Below, one piece after another: positions 37,281 to 50,960 of a stretch of 64,000 bases of DNA. Position numbers and translations under genes: made by a program. Location: positions 101,992,001 through 102,056,000 of the forward strand of contig NW_024704743.1 of assembly GCF_018977255.1 (NCBI RefSeq). The letters run 5' to 3'. Below the pieces are notes generated by a model. The model made no database searches. It saw nothing but the letters and a program-made list of their open reading frames with translations, and was not told the DNA's origin. Each line of letters opens with the position of its first letter. Position 1 is the first letter of the stretch. Source of the stretch: Callorhinchus milii (Eukaryota).

Positions 37281-40009
37281 CTGTAATAAATGTACCTCCA
37301 TCACAATAATGAATAAAGCATACACCCTGGAGACACAAGTATTTCTGTAGATCTACTGGCAATCTAAAAATTACATTTGTGTATAACCAGGGATTCAATA
37401 GTTTGTACACTAATTTCTAATGTCTATCAATGGAGAATAATCTGCCACTCTCACGTACTTGTCTAAAAAAGGAAGTGTGACAGGGTAGTCAGTATTTTAG
37501 CCCATCCACTGCAATACTGGGTTACGAGTGCCTAGGATAATTCAGAAGTGTTCCTTCATAAATTGGTAGGGTTTGACAAGGTTTAGGACAGGTGCTGGTA
37601 ATAAGGAAGGAAGATGGTATTTAAAGGTTGTGGCGCTTGATGTGGGGAGAGTGGTGAAAGGCGGATTGAACAACTGTGTGGAAAAAGGAAAGAATTGTTT
37701 TTCTTGTTGATTTGGAAGCAGGTGCAATTTTTTATATTTTGAATTGGATTTTGTGTAGAATAAATGCACAGTAGATGTCACCTGGGCTCTGACAGATTCA
37801 CACAATTGCAGGCATACAGAGATAATTTGGAAGTATCGTATGGTGGCTGTTATGGGAAAAGTTGTCAACCTTCAGCTGAAGTGATCAGGACATTGAAGCA
37901 GAAGAAATGAAGTCAATGCTCTGATCACAGTTAAGGTAGAAGTACTTCAGAGGAAATTACATCCCTACCTCTTGGGGGAGATTTCTTTGAGGAAGGGGGT
38001 TCAAATGCTTATATCTTTGGAAGTTCTTGGAAGTTAGTGTGGCCAACTGCAGACACATTGCAGACCAACAAGTGTCACTCATTGGGGTGACAATAGCAAC
38101 TTGCCCTTATCTAGGCAACTTTCGTGTAGGATGAATAACTCAAGCACTTCTCAAAGATAAGGTGGATATCTGAGGAAAGGAAGAATAAATTGAGGGCATG
38201 GTCAAGGAGATATGTGATTTAGGAAGGCTCTGGAGGCAGAGAGAGAAGGGACAAGGCAAATGGCTACAAAGACAGGATTCTAGAGAGCAGGGGCAGAGTG
38301 CCTGAATGTTCAGCCACCAATGGCATAACAAAGAGAATAAAGAATGAGCAGTGGACCAAAGCTGAACAACAGTAGGAATATTAGACAATGATAACTATGT
38401 TGATGTATGATGTTCCTATACATAAATGCAGCTCCATGTGTGCGACGGTTTGAAAGTTGTGCCACTCTTGGTATCATAGACAGAACTCGAACTATTCCTC
38501 CAATATTGATGCTTCTGTGTCTGTTAACAGCATATCTCTGAGTCTTGTTGAGCTTTCTGTTATACCCTGAATGTGATTCTCCTGTGGTGTGCCTGAAATA
38601 AAAGCTTGCCATGATAGATGATCATGTAATTTGTTGGAATACATTGCATAATTTGTATCTCACTTTCCACTCAGATCACAGAAATGGTTATGCTTTACTT
38701 GAATCTCAATATTTGAAGTACAATAAAACCTGCTTACCAATTATTTTGCAAAGTTTATAGGCAATACTACCAAGAGTAATGAAAGAAAACAAAATTAGTC
38801 AGGTGTATGGTCAAATGTATATCGTTTCTATTGTGATAGTAAGCAATATTTTGTTCCACCTTATATAGTGTACAGACCATCATCAAGTGATAAATGGTAT
38901 TGCTCAAAGAATGTTCATTTATAGTTTCAGCGTAAAGCAGAAAATGAGCAGTGTGATCGTTCAGTGATCTGTAATGTGCAAATGTAGCACAACATAATTT
39001 TTGTTACATAATTTGATAATCTGTGAATCTAATTGTTCTGTGTGATAATTTCACTGGCGCTGAGGAATTTTGCATTAAAAGCCCACATTCTGAGTACAAA
39101 GTGGAAATTAATGCACAACTCACCAATGTTCCTTTTTTGTTCTTCAGTGAAATGAAGATGACAAAGCATGGAGAATTCTATTTTCCTCTTGGGTGCACTA
39201 CCGATGAATCTTAGAATTGTGATGTGCCAACTTGTCCCTGAATGCAGCATTGGTTAAAGTGACTGACATCATGGATTTTCAAAAGAACATCTGAAGAATT
39301 TCGTATAGCAGCAGGCTTCTGATAATACTTCCACCTAAAACCATCTTTTATCTTCAATAACAGTGTCCCAGTGCGTAGGAGTTATTCAATTTATAATGTT
39401 TACATCCTCTGAGGGATGGAACCAGAATTATTTCATACGAAAAAAACAGTTTTATTTTTTATAGATGTGGAACATGCACTGTTGAGACAATCTCAATGCA
39501 ATATTTTATTCAAAAGTTTATAGGAAATTTGCCGCATTTTGTAATACATTCCACTACATCAAATGCATTATTAGATGCTCCAAATTTTACCTCTTTATTA
39601 TTTGTAATGATCATAAATTGGTTTTATAGCACTATTTGTGGCACAAGTGGTGTTCAGTAGCATTGCAAATAAAATCCTTGATAGTTTGTGGCGTGAAGGA
39701 ACACTGAGCAGAAACTCACAATTTGGAGTAAACCCACAAAGACCCCAGGTGGATAGGTTTCTTCAGTTTGTTGGTAAATTTACAGGATATGTCTTACAAT
39801 TGGATTTCAACTATTATATTCCAGTGTTTCTGCTGCCAAGGCTGCTAAATAAAAGATAAACTGGTCTTTCTGTCAAGGTTGGTACATTTATCCCAAATCC
39901 AGTATATTATTTTCTGCACTTTGTCGCATTGCTACAGATTCTCTTTTCAATTATCTTGAGAATGAGTTTGGTGGCCATCAAGAAAATACATACTGGAGTG
40001 CAAGAACTT

Positions 40010-40585
40010 GACAACAACAACTACATTTACATAGCACTTTTCACATCAAGAGGATGTCTCAAAATGTTATATACAACTGATTGAGTGACCAAGCAGGGGG
40101 GGCATGAGATGAGTTGGAGTTGGGGGTGTGGTCTGAGCCAGGAGTTGGGGTGTGGTAGGGTTAGATGCCTCAAAATAGTCAAAAAGATAGAGTGTAAGGT
40201 AGGTTTTGAAAAAGGAGATGGAGAGGAGGCAGGATGGCTGAAAGCTTGGTCATTGACAATTTGGTTGACAAATGGAAAGAATATATAACTTTTAGGGCCT
40301 TTCATTCATATTTTAAACTGAGATTCCATCTGTGATATGAAGCAGTTTGGTATTTGCTGAGCAAAGGGAGCAGCCAGTCCACCAGTAAGGTTGCAGTTGG
40401 TCACAGAGGTAGGGTGGCATGAGGCCATAGATTGATTTGAAAGTGAGAACAAGGATCTTGAATTTATCTGCTGGGGGATTGGAGAGCCAATGGAACCATG
40501 CAGAGAAAGGGTGATGGCCTTGCGGAGCCTGGTGCAGGAAAGGACATGGAGTAGAGGACTGCAGAGTTCTGGAATGTTTCACAAA
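40010..40585 (-). mobile_element. L2 3' fragment, degraded
   Basis: FHWL..FKILVLTFKSIYGLMPPYL; (TTG)n tail at 40011. Confidence 0.8.
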
Positions 40586-41489
40586 TGGGAAAAGAATTCC
40601 AAAGTCACCAATCTGATAATGATGGAATTAATTCCCTGGTTAATTAATTACGTGTGTGTCCTTCCAACGATGAAAAATGGCACCCCTTTAGACAGCAGTA
40701 TTAAACATGCCCAAAAGTTAGAAAAGTCTTGTTGAAGGGATTCATTTGATTTGTTATTCATTTGAGATTCATTTGTTCTCAGAATCAGTGAACATTTAAA
40801 GTTCGACAAAGTTAATCATATTTAAGTTTAAAGATCAAAAACACAACAAACAATATTTGTTTTTATTGAATATCAATTTGTTTTCAAATCACTTCAATTT
40901 GACTTCAAATAGCAGAAAGAGGAACATCAGAGGACCAGTTGCCCACTGCGACCACAAATGGACTGAGATCTGATCAGGCTGTGATCTATGATTCTGTAAT
41001 GTATGTAATATGCTATCTACAGAAAACTTTAATCTCATTTTCCATTATTGAACCCAATTTGAAAATAACCTCACCATAACAAAGAAGCATGGATCTAATC
41101 TGGAGCAAAATTGAACCCAGCATTACCTTCTTGCCTTCCAAGCAGCTCTCTAACTCCTGAAAATCTGAAGCTTTCAAATCTCTCCCGGTTGTTAAAATTC
41201 AGAATCACACTAAATAATACTGAAAGACTGCAATCTCACAAGTTAAATAGGCAGCAAAATGTCATTCACATCACACCTTCTGAAAATTAAAATTAATTAA
41301 TGATACACTTTATCAACGGTAAATTATTTTTTGTGGTTGTTAATAAACAAAGGCAATGTAAGCAATATGTTTTCTATTTCTATCAAAATCTATTTGAAAA
41401 GGATTTATTTCCATCTTCTTCCTGCTTCCACAATTCAGTTTGAAAGTAAGAACTTAATTCATATGTTAAACTGAAGTTCCATCTGTGCC

Positions 41490-41735
41490 TGTTGAGGCAG
41501 ACATTAACAATCCCATGGCACTAATCAAAAAGAGAAGAGAGTTTCTCCTGGTATCCTGATCAATAATCCGTGAGATAAAATATTGGTCATTCATGTCATA
41601 GTTGTTTGGGGGTTACGTGCATAAATGGGCTCTCAATATGCCTGAAAATAGATTCACTACACTTTATAGTATATTCTGTGATGTGCTTTCAGATGTCCTC
41701 CTGATGTGAAAACTTGATATCAATCAGAAGTATAA
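41490..41735 (+). mobile_element. Older Deu-SINE 3' part
   Basis: ATCCCATGGCACTAATC...GAGTTTCTCCTGG body motif. Confidence 0.65.
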
Positions 41736-41779
41736 TTTTTATGCAGACTTTCTTTGGAGAGGAGAACTTTCAGGGATGG

Positions 41780-42110
41780 CGGATGGGACATCTAGGATTG
41801 CATATTCTGAATTTTTTGATAGTATTGCATTTAGAAAATGTCAGTAAGTCAGTAACAACCGGTTATAAATTGAAGATTATCACTGAAAGAAAAACGTTAC
41901 AAAAATGTTATTTTACACAGAAGATTATTGGAGTATGGACTGCCAAAGGATCATGTCAAAGGAAGTTGAACGAATGCTAAAAGAAATATATCAGAGAGTA
42001 TGTGGAAAGAACAGACAATGCAAGTAGAATAGATTGTCCACCCACCAGTACAGACAAGATGGGACAAATGGGTTTCTTCTGTGATGTAAATTTTTTCTGA
42101 CTCTATGAAG
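41780..42110 (+). mobile_element. CR1 3' fragment, degraded
   Basis: TTGYKLKI, YFTQKIIGVW remnants; 3' UTR-like ATGGGACAAATGGGTTTCTTCTGTG. Confidence 0.6.
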
Positions 42111-42710
42111 GGATGCACTTATCAACAGGTCACAGAGTAATAGGGTACCAATCCATTCCTATAAATCAGTCTGAAGAATGATAAGAATTGAACAATGCAT
42201 TTCTTGTCAGACGCACTGAAGACATTACACAAGATCAAATTCACAGCTATCTCAGAGCCGTGGACTGAGAGCCAAGCCAAAGCAATAGGTGCCAGAAAGC
42301 TGGAGCGATGAACTGTTTGCTATCTTCCTATCTGGAACAAATGGTCGATTTTGAAATTGCATTCATAATATTGTACTCAGGTTTGTCCTATAAGTATGAC
42401 TGTCAATTGTGCAGCATAGTTCTCCCAAAATAATCTCCTCTAGTTAGATTAACTGAAGTGAATTGCTAAATTGACAGAAAAAAATCAGCCAGTGATTTGA
42501 TAAAGATACAGATTCATTCATTTACTCATTTGTCTTTAAATGGCCTTCATAGCAATCCCTACCCCAGTCTGGGGTCTAATTGGTAAAACTATGACCCATA
42601 ACATCTTATCACCAGTATTAAATTTCACTTACTTGACAAATCCATTCGATAAGGTTAGTCAATAGCTAAAGTTTGTGCCCCAGGCACTGGTCAACGGTTT
42701 GTTTAGACTT

Positions 42711-43083
42711 ATAATAATAATAATCCTTGCATCTGATATAGCGCCATATCACGTTGTTGAGATGTCTCAAAGAGCTTCACAGAATATATTGTAAAGTGAA
42801 TTCATTGTATATTTTGTAGGCAAAATGTAGCAGCCAATTGGGCACAGCAGTGTCCCAGAAACAGTCATGGATTGAAGTGACCAATTTATTGTTTTTTTAA
42901 GGAATTATTACCCCTGGAAAAGCGATCCACCAATTGACTAACAACCAGGTTCCTTAATTACTACCAGGTAAACAGAGGCATGTGGAGTAAGGAAACTTGC
43001 CCAACATTTCGCCCTGCCGGAAATTGAATCCAGGTCTCTCGCTTGCAAGGCGAGTGCTCTAACCACTGAGCTACAGGACTCCA
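42711..43083 (-). mobile_element. tRNA-derived Deu-SINE, long variant, full length
   Basis: Head at 43083, extra internal segment, Deu core, (TTA)n tail. Confidence 0.9.
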
Positions 43084-43227
43084 TCAAGCCTGCACCAGCA
43101 TTGGAGCAGCCGACTGTGATTGGGTTAGGGCTGCTGATCTAACAAACAAAATCAGAGTTAAACTGCAATGCTGCAATTCAGCACTGCATGTCTGAAAATG
43201 TGTTGATGATTAACACCAATGGTCTCT

Positions 43228-43395
43228 GCTTGGCTCAGTCAAAAGGTTGTGGGGTTAAGCCCCACGTTGGGAATTGGAACTTATTTAGATTAAACTGATA
43301 CTACAATGCATTGCTGGGGGTGTGCAGCATGTTTGGAGGAGCTGTCCTTCGGATGAAATATTAAATTGTGACCCTGTCTGCTATTCGGGTGAACA
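43228..43395 (+). mobile_element. Older SINE 5' part
   Basis: GGCTCAGTC..AAGGTTGTGGG..GTCCTTCGGATGA. Confidence 0.6.
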
Positions 43396-44039
43396 GTGAG
43401 AGGAAGGTGACTGACAGTGTGATTGAAAATGTAGGTCTTTACAATAAATTGCCACCATCCATAAGTTTATATTCAGATGAAAGAACACAAGGGTAGAAAT
43501 TCCAATCCTGACTCAGGGATAAGACACATTAGGCTTCAAAGAATTCAGGTTGAGCAAATCCTAATACAATAGACAGATAGAGGTCAAGCCTGGTTATGGC
43601 CTGCTTGTTCTTAAAAAATCAAATCAGTTTGATTGAAATGAGACGAATTGGCATTTAAAATGCAGATAGCATATAAAATGGAGTTCACAATGTTATGCTT
43701 TTGCCCACGATGACATTTCTATTATCAAATTGTGTCTTATTGTATCCATCTCAAGTCTGCTCTACTTCCCTGAAATAAAGTTATGTCGGCCTACTCTGGT
43801 CTTTCGCTGAATGCAATTATACTTACACTCTTGAGAGAATTCAGGTCATGCAGCTTTGAGGAGATTTTCCAAAGCACCAAGAATGTATTCAAATGCAGCA
43901 ATTGTTCATCTCATGGTTTTCAGCTACAACTCACTCCATTGTGTAAGTGGATCTTAAGTCTGTTATGATTAAACACCACTGAGAGATTAGCTAAAAAATA
44001 TTTTTAGCGTGTGGACTTTGGGAATTGGGTTAAGTCAGT

Positions 44040-44565
44040 TAACAACAGCAACAGAACAATTTACATTTATATAGGGCCTTTTATGCTGGGACGATGTCTC
44101 ATAGTGTGGACTGGGGGTCCGTGCTGAGGGTGGGGGTAGCTAAGGAACATAGGGGAAAATTGGACCAAAAGTGCAGTTGAAAAGAAGGGTCTTTAAAGGT
44201 GTGGGTGAATAGGGAGTGGGACTCCTGAATGTGTGGAGGCAGACTGGCTGAAAGTTGGATAGGTTGAGGACATGAAGCAAATCGATGTTCGCTGAGCAGA
44301 GGAAGCAGCCAGGTCAATAGAGAGTCACAAAGGGAGCGTAACACAAGGTTGTAGATGAATTTGAATGTTAGGACAAGGATCTTTAATATGAATTTAATTT
44401 GTCTAACATTCCTAACAATTTGGAGGATAGGAAATCAGTGGCGCTGAGCAAGGACTGGGGTGATAGACCTACGGAGCCTGATGTAGAATAGGATTCAAGC
44501 TACAGAGTTCTGGGTAGTCTATAACTTGTGTAGGAATTAGTTAGAGACTCCGGCAAACAAGGTGG
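44040..44565 (-). mobile_element. L2 3' fragment, degraded
   Basis: Tail and GGACAAGGATCTT / GGAGCCTG similarity to other L2 copies. Confidence 0.65.
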
Positions 44566-45634
44566 TAATTTTGTCATATTAATATGTGGGTAATAATTCC
44601 TTCAAAAAAAATTGATCTTTCAATCCATGACTATTTATGGTACACTGCTGAGTGTGACTGGCTGCCACGTTACGTCCACAAACTATATAGTCAATTCATT
44701 TTACAGTATATTCTTTGAAGTGCTTTGAGATTTCTCAAAGATGTGACAAGACACTATACCAATTGCAAAGATTACTATTATTAAATGTCACATCAAAATC
44801 CAAATGAAAAAGAGAGTAAGTCTTACAGAATGTAGAGTTTGTACCAGCCGGACATCCTTAGCCTTTGGAAAAGACTCATATAGATGTTAGCACAAAACCG
44901 TACTGATGTGTGTGGGAGCCACCTGCAAATAGCAAAATAATTTAACAACTTATCTGAAAGATGGCGACTTCAGCAATGCAGTACACTTCCAACAGAATGT
45001 CATTTGTAACTTTGACTGAGGCTTTCTCTGTAATGTGGGCTGCCCAGAAACCAGATTGGAAAAAGCATTTTAAATGTTTGCCCACAAACCACACAGTCAC
45101 TCCACTTTACAGCATTTTGAGGCATTCTCCCTATGTGAAAGTCATTATACCAAATGCAAGGACTAATATTTTTAGGCTGTTAAATTTGTACGCTATTACA
45201 GAGTTTTACAAAGGTTTAACATTTTTAAAAATTATTGCGCCAGAAAATTAATTAATCGCAATAAGTTCATGTGTAACTGATAAACATCTCTCAGACTATC
45301 TTTGGCGAGTATTATAATTTGACATTTTGCGAAAGGAAGATTTAGCAAACATAGCTTGATGCCATGGAAAAGCTTCCTGACAGTATAAGCCACTGGTATT
45401 TATCTCATAGCTACATATTTATATAAACTTTTCCTTTTTAATGATCTTGTTCTGCCTCATGATCAACAATGTTGAAAATGCAAAGTTTGCCTCCAGTGAT
45501 AGTGTAATCGCAGGTGTGAATTGCTGTGGTACCACAAACATAATTGGCATGAAACCCAGAGCCAGCGGGGATCATACATAATGGTAGTAGAATGTGAAGT
45601 GTATCCTGTGTCCCAAACTATATACTGTATGGCC

Positions 45635-46865
45635 GAAACCCTCAAGTCCTGGAAGAGAGCTAATTTTCTTCAGTTGTACGTCAACAAGACCGAGGCTCTC
45701 TTGATTGGCTCCCGTCAGCGCTTCCTCACCTCAGGTGCTGACAGCACCACCATCCATGGTTGCACACTTCATCTTGCTAAGCCAGTCTGGAAGCTTGGCA
45801 TCTTGCTTGATCGTCAACTATCCTTTATACCCCACATCTGCGCCATGACCTGCTCTGCCTTCCCCCACCATCGCAACATTGCCCAACTCCGCCATTGTCT
45901 CACAACACAGGCTGCCGAAACCCTCATACATACTTTCATTACATCGAAGCTCGACTATGCAAACTCATTGTTTGTCGGCCTCCCAACTCCTCCCTCCATA
46001 GGCTGCAGATTATCCAGAACTCTGCAGCCCATGTCCTCTCCTGCATTAGGCACCGTGACCCTATCACCCCCATCCTCGCCTGACTCCACTGGCTTCCCAT
46101 CACGCAGAGGATACAGTTCAAGAACCTGGTCCTCACCTTCAAAGCCCTCCATGGTCTTGCTCCCTCCTACCTTTGTGGAGTCCTGTAGCTCAGTGGTTAG
46201 AGCACTCGCTTTGCAAGTGAGAGACCTGAGTTCAATTCCAGGCAGGGCGAAACCTTGGGCAAGTTTCCTTACTCCACACGCCGAATAATAATCCCTTCAA
46301 AAACCAAAAGCAATAATTAATTTGTCATTTTCAATCTACGACTGTTTGTGGGACATTGCTGTGCGCAATTGGCTGCCACGTTCGCCCACAAATATACAGT
46401 CAATTCACTTTGCAGTATGTTCTGTGAAGCGCTTTGGGACGTCCTCCCGACGTGAAAAGCGCTATATCAAATGCAAGGATTATTATTATATTATTATTAT
46501 TATTACCTCTGCGACCTTCTAACCCCTTACCATCCTGCTCATTCCCTCCGCTCAGTGGGCTCTGGCCTGCTTCATGTCCCCCACCTCGCTCGCTCCATTA
46601 TTGGTAGGCGGGCCTTCTGCCACTCTGTCCCCACCCTCTGGAACTCCATCCCGCAGTTCCTCCGCCTCGACCCCTCCCTTGCCTTCTTCAAGACCCATCT
46701 AAAAACCCTCCACTTCGACTGTGCTTTCAATCTCCCTGCTTCCCCCCACTGCCCTCCACCCTCTCCAACCACCAGCTTGGGTCCAAAACTCTGTCTGTCC
46801 AGCTTCTTGGGACGTTCTTCCTGATGTGAATGTAATTTTGTTGTTTTGTTGTTCTGTTGTTGTAT
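45635..46865 (+). mobile_element. L2 3' fragment interrupted by a SINE
   Basis: NFLQLYVNKTEALLIG...TFITSKLDYAN; resumes YLCDLLTPY...RAFCHSVPTLWNSIP. Confidence 0.92.
46175..46503 (+). mobile_element. Young Deu-SINE in L2, with TSD
   Basis: TACCTTTGTG (46168-46177) / TACCTCTGCG (46504-46513). Confidence 0.93.
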
Positions 46866-47195
46866 CCTGATATATTATTTTCTAGCAGAAATCTATCTAA
46901 TTTATTCTTGAAATAAACAACATTTTCTGCTTCCACTGTCTCCCTAGGAAGCCTATTCCATTAATTTACTATTCCATCACTGAAGTACTGTTTCCGCAGA
47001 TTTGTTCTGAATTTACCCCCCTTCAATTGCAGGCCATGTCCTGCAGTTCTGCTGTTCAGCACAAGATAAAACAGCTTATCATAGTCTACATTATCTATTC
47101 CCTTCAGAATCTTAAAAACCGTAATTGTATTGCCTCTCAACCTTCTCTTCTCCAGCGTGAACAAACCCAGTTTTTCTAATCACTCCTCATAATCC
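46866..47195 (-). mobile_element. CR1 3' fragment
   Basis: FTLEKRRLRGNTITVFKILKG; FKNKLDRFL. Confidence 0.85.
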
Positions 47196-50100
47196 ACATT
47201 ATGATTACAGTCAAAGCAAATAATGCTGTGATGGTTATTTTGTGAATTAGGGTTGTGTTATATTCCAGGCTTTTATCCAGATCCTCTTGTTTGCAATTTA
47301 TCTGCTTCTATTATTCATAGGAACGTCAGAATATACAAGCCCACTGTGATCTACTTGGATAGTTTCAAAGTGGCCTTCATTACAATTAGCTATTACTTTG
47401 CTCTGAGAGTCTAATGTACTCTATTTGCTAATAAGAGCAATCTTCTTCATCAACAATGGGATATAAAGATTAATTTAGTGACCAGCATACTGTAACACAA
47501 ATCGATATTTTTTTGAGGTAATGGTGACTTTCAGTCATGTTCAACAACAAAAATACAAGAAATTTAAATAATAGTAATGACACTTGGTGAAGCCGAAGCC
47601 CATAGCTATGGTTTTATTCTACTATTGTGTCTATGGACCACTATGTCAAACCATCACAGGAGGGGCAATCCTCAAGGTCTCTAATTGGTGCAGTGGTCAA
47701 GAGATGTCTGCTTCCATTCAGTCCCAGTGAAGTTATTGTCCTACAGTTCTGTTGGGTTTTATTGTTCTTCTCCCAACAGAACCAATGTGATTGGGCTTTC
47801 CACGATGGTTGGCCCGTTGAAGTGAAGTGCCATTCACTTGGTTCCACTTCAGAGCAGTTTGCCTCAGCCTCAGGCAGGATTGAAAATCAAACAGACTACA
47901 ATACATTGGACCTCTATTATGCTTCCTGGAGTGGGCTACCCAATGAAGTAATGTTCTGTTATGGAAGCAAACCTCCAACCATTTTACTGTTTCCCCGTTG
48001 TATTTATGGAAGTCTTTAATAACTAAATACCAAGAATCTGGGAAATTACATCTTGCTGGTGGAGAGTTAGTTACCCAGAACTGAAAGATTTACAACTTCA
48101 TTAGTCCTGCAAGGTTTTGTCAATGATGGCAAAAAAATCACAAAATGAATGTCACACTTAAATAATTTACTACTTCCTTCTTTGAGGTATAGAAACACAC
48201 ACCAAAAAGATGAATTTTCCTACTGTATATAACCCATTGTTTCCAGACCAATTCATCGCCTTTCTAATTATTCTACCTTTTTTTCAGTTCTATCCTCCGT
48301 TTTTCTTGTTCAGATGACAGAACATCCATCTTCCCCTAATGGAAACATGACAATATTGAATATAAACGTAACCAGACCACTACTCAAAAAGAGAAAGGAG
48401 TTTCTCCTGGTGTCCTGGCCAATAATACCTCACATAAAATTAGTCATTGACTGCAAGGCAGTTTGTAGATCATTGCTTTGAGCAAATGGGTTGCTGCATT
48501 AGCCTAGAAATACAGAGTCACTATCATAGAAGCATAGAAATGTACAGCATAGAAGAAGGCCATTCGGTCCATCATATCTGCACCAGGTAAATAATCCATG
48601 CATTTGATACAGCATCTTAGCAGTTCATCAAAGAGGTTTTACTGTCATGTATGATAATGGTGTATTTACAGCCGAATACAGCAGAGAACATGCTAGAAAG
48701 ACATATGCCAATTCCTTCAAACTTTTATTAGACTTACAATATGAGATACAATAGTGATATCATCACATTTTCACATCTCTATGATCTCTTAATATATCTG
48801 ATTCTTATCCGTCTGATACGCTTAAATAATAATTCATCATTCCTCTCTTCATAACTACAAAGAAAAAGCTTGTTTGATGAATTTTTAATCAAATACAAAC
48901 AAAATAAATCAGAATACACTAATTTGGGGTGGGGGAGGGGTGGGGGACTAGGATATTATATAACATATTTGATGTGATAACTATCAAAGCAAATCTATTA
49001 AGAAAGAATGGAAGTTCAGTTGATAATTATCAACTGGTTTAAGTTGTGAATCCTTCCTAACCAATTTCAGAATATTTACTCTGAAGTCGCTTCAAAATTA
49101 TTAGACTGCTATGTTCAAAACTTGAAAATGTCAACATTTCAGTGATGTATAGGATATTAATTGGGGAGTAACTGCATCCTATGGTGAGAAGCACAAACTA
49201 TTGTCCTCTGTTTGGTTTGTCCATTGTGGTTTGGGATCTGACATTGGTACCATGTTTGGGCTCGAGGATTTCTGCTTACCCAATCAGCGAGAATGGTATA
49301 TTTGCACTGCTGTACATTCAATAACACATACCATTATTCAAAGAGAAGGGAATCCTCTAGATAAATTAACCATTTGCCCCGGCTGCCTATGGGATAAATT
49401 TGATTACACAGCCTTAATCTTGAAGCCATTTTCTTGCGAGTTTCTTTTAGAAAATGCAGAAAATCCACTTCTTTATACTTATATATTTATATATTTGTGG
49501 GTTTCACCCCAAAATAATTAGTCAATTAACTTTACAGCATATTCTGTGAAGCGCTTTGAGACATCTAGAAGATGTGAAAAATGCTACATCAAATGCAAGG
49601 ATTATTATTATTATTATTTTCAAAGCTAAAACTGAATTCAACAATTTGCCAAATTCTGCTTGGTGTGAATTGTTACATATCAATAGATCTGATCTAGTCC
49701 CCAATGACATCTCACCCCCAAACCTGTTAAAAAAAGTTTTGCTTTCTCACCCTGACATTAATAAACACGAAAACTGAGAAATGTAATTTTTTTTATTTGC
49801 TTCCACAAAAATGTATCAGCCACGGATAATGCATTTGAAAAAATGGGGGTTATGATGCATCACTGTGTAAATATAGCCATTGTTTTGTTTCACGTTGATA
49901 ATGAGGAGATTGGACATAAAAGATTCCAATGAGTATTTTTATCTTCTGAATGGGATGTGATTCATCCACATCCCTTATTGAGTTGTTGATCTCTGTTGAA
50001 TTGCTGCAGGTCGATGGCTGGAAGAAACTATAGAATAAAAAGATCAAAGGGAACATTGTTCCTCAACATATTTTACATGTCACCTGGAAGATAGATGAGA

Positions 50101-50659
50101 GCAACCTTGGTGGAGGCTTCATCCATTCAATCTGAAATAAATCTCGGTTTAACTTTGAAATTACTTCTGCAATGCTGTACAGAGTTGCGAATTATCATTT
50201 ATTTGCTTACAATGCCACTTGCATTTTCCACTTGAGCAAACTGTCACTCCAGTGGCCCATTATTTTGCTTCCCTTACAATTATATTTGACAATTAAGAAG
50301 GTTGAGAGGTATTTTCAGACTGTCATAATTTTAATGCTCAATTGTCACCATGTGGTGAATGGCATTCCTGCCATTAAGGTTTGTTTTAGGAGTAATGACA
50401 TTTGGTATATTATGAGGAAGTTTAAGAATAATGACAGATGTTATATCTCAGCACATTTTAAAATTATTATTTGATTGGGTGTAGAGGAGAAAGTAAAGAT
50501 ACAAAAAAATACATTTTGCTACATATTCTTGACTATAAAGCAGCAATCTACATCACTCTGTTTAAATATCTCACCAATTCTAAAGGATTTGTTAGCCTTT
50601 TATATCCGCCACGCTCTGGTTCACAGTTAAATAGCCATAACTAATCAGAAAACTAGTTG

Positions 50660-50960
50660 TCAGACATGAGTTCACACAATTGGTTTGGATGATGAAGGCC
50701 CTTCAGCCCATTTGATCTCACCCTACCAGAATACCAACCTTACCTCCTCCCAGCATCAAACTGTTTTTAAATGTTCCAGCATCCTGGTCTCACCTGTCCT
50801 GAAATTGACCTTTGCAACTTTAAACATATACCCTCTTGTTCTACTCTCATGGTGCATCCCAAATTATTATTCTGGGTTTACCTTTCAGTCAGATTTAAAA
50901 TGTTATACATCTCTGAGAATACTTATTTTAAGACTGAACAGCCTGAACTTGTCTAATTGT
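50660..50960 (-). mobile_element. CR1 3' fragment, degraded
   Basis: GAAGGCCCTTCAGCCCA 3' UTR complement; TRGY..KVAK-like remnants. Confidence 0.55.

Noticed and set aside
47627..48019. 130-aa ORF with internal acceptor at ~47779
   Set aside because: No recognisable domain and competing ORFs on both strands
48926..48946. G-quadruplex-like G runs (also at ~6320)
   Set aside because: Common low-complexity motif with no supporting context
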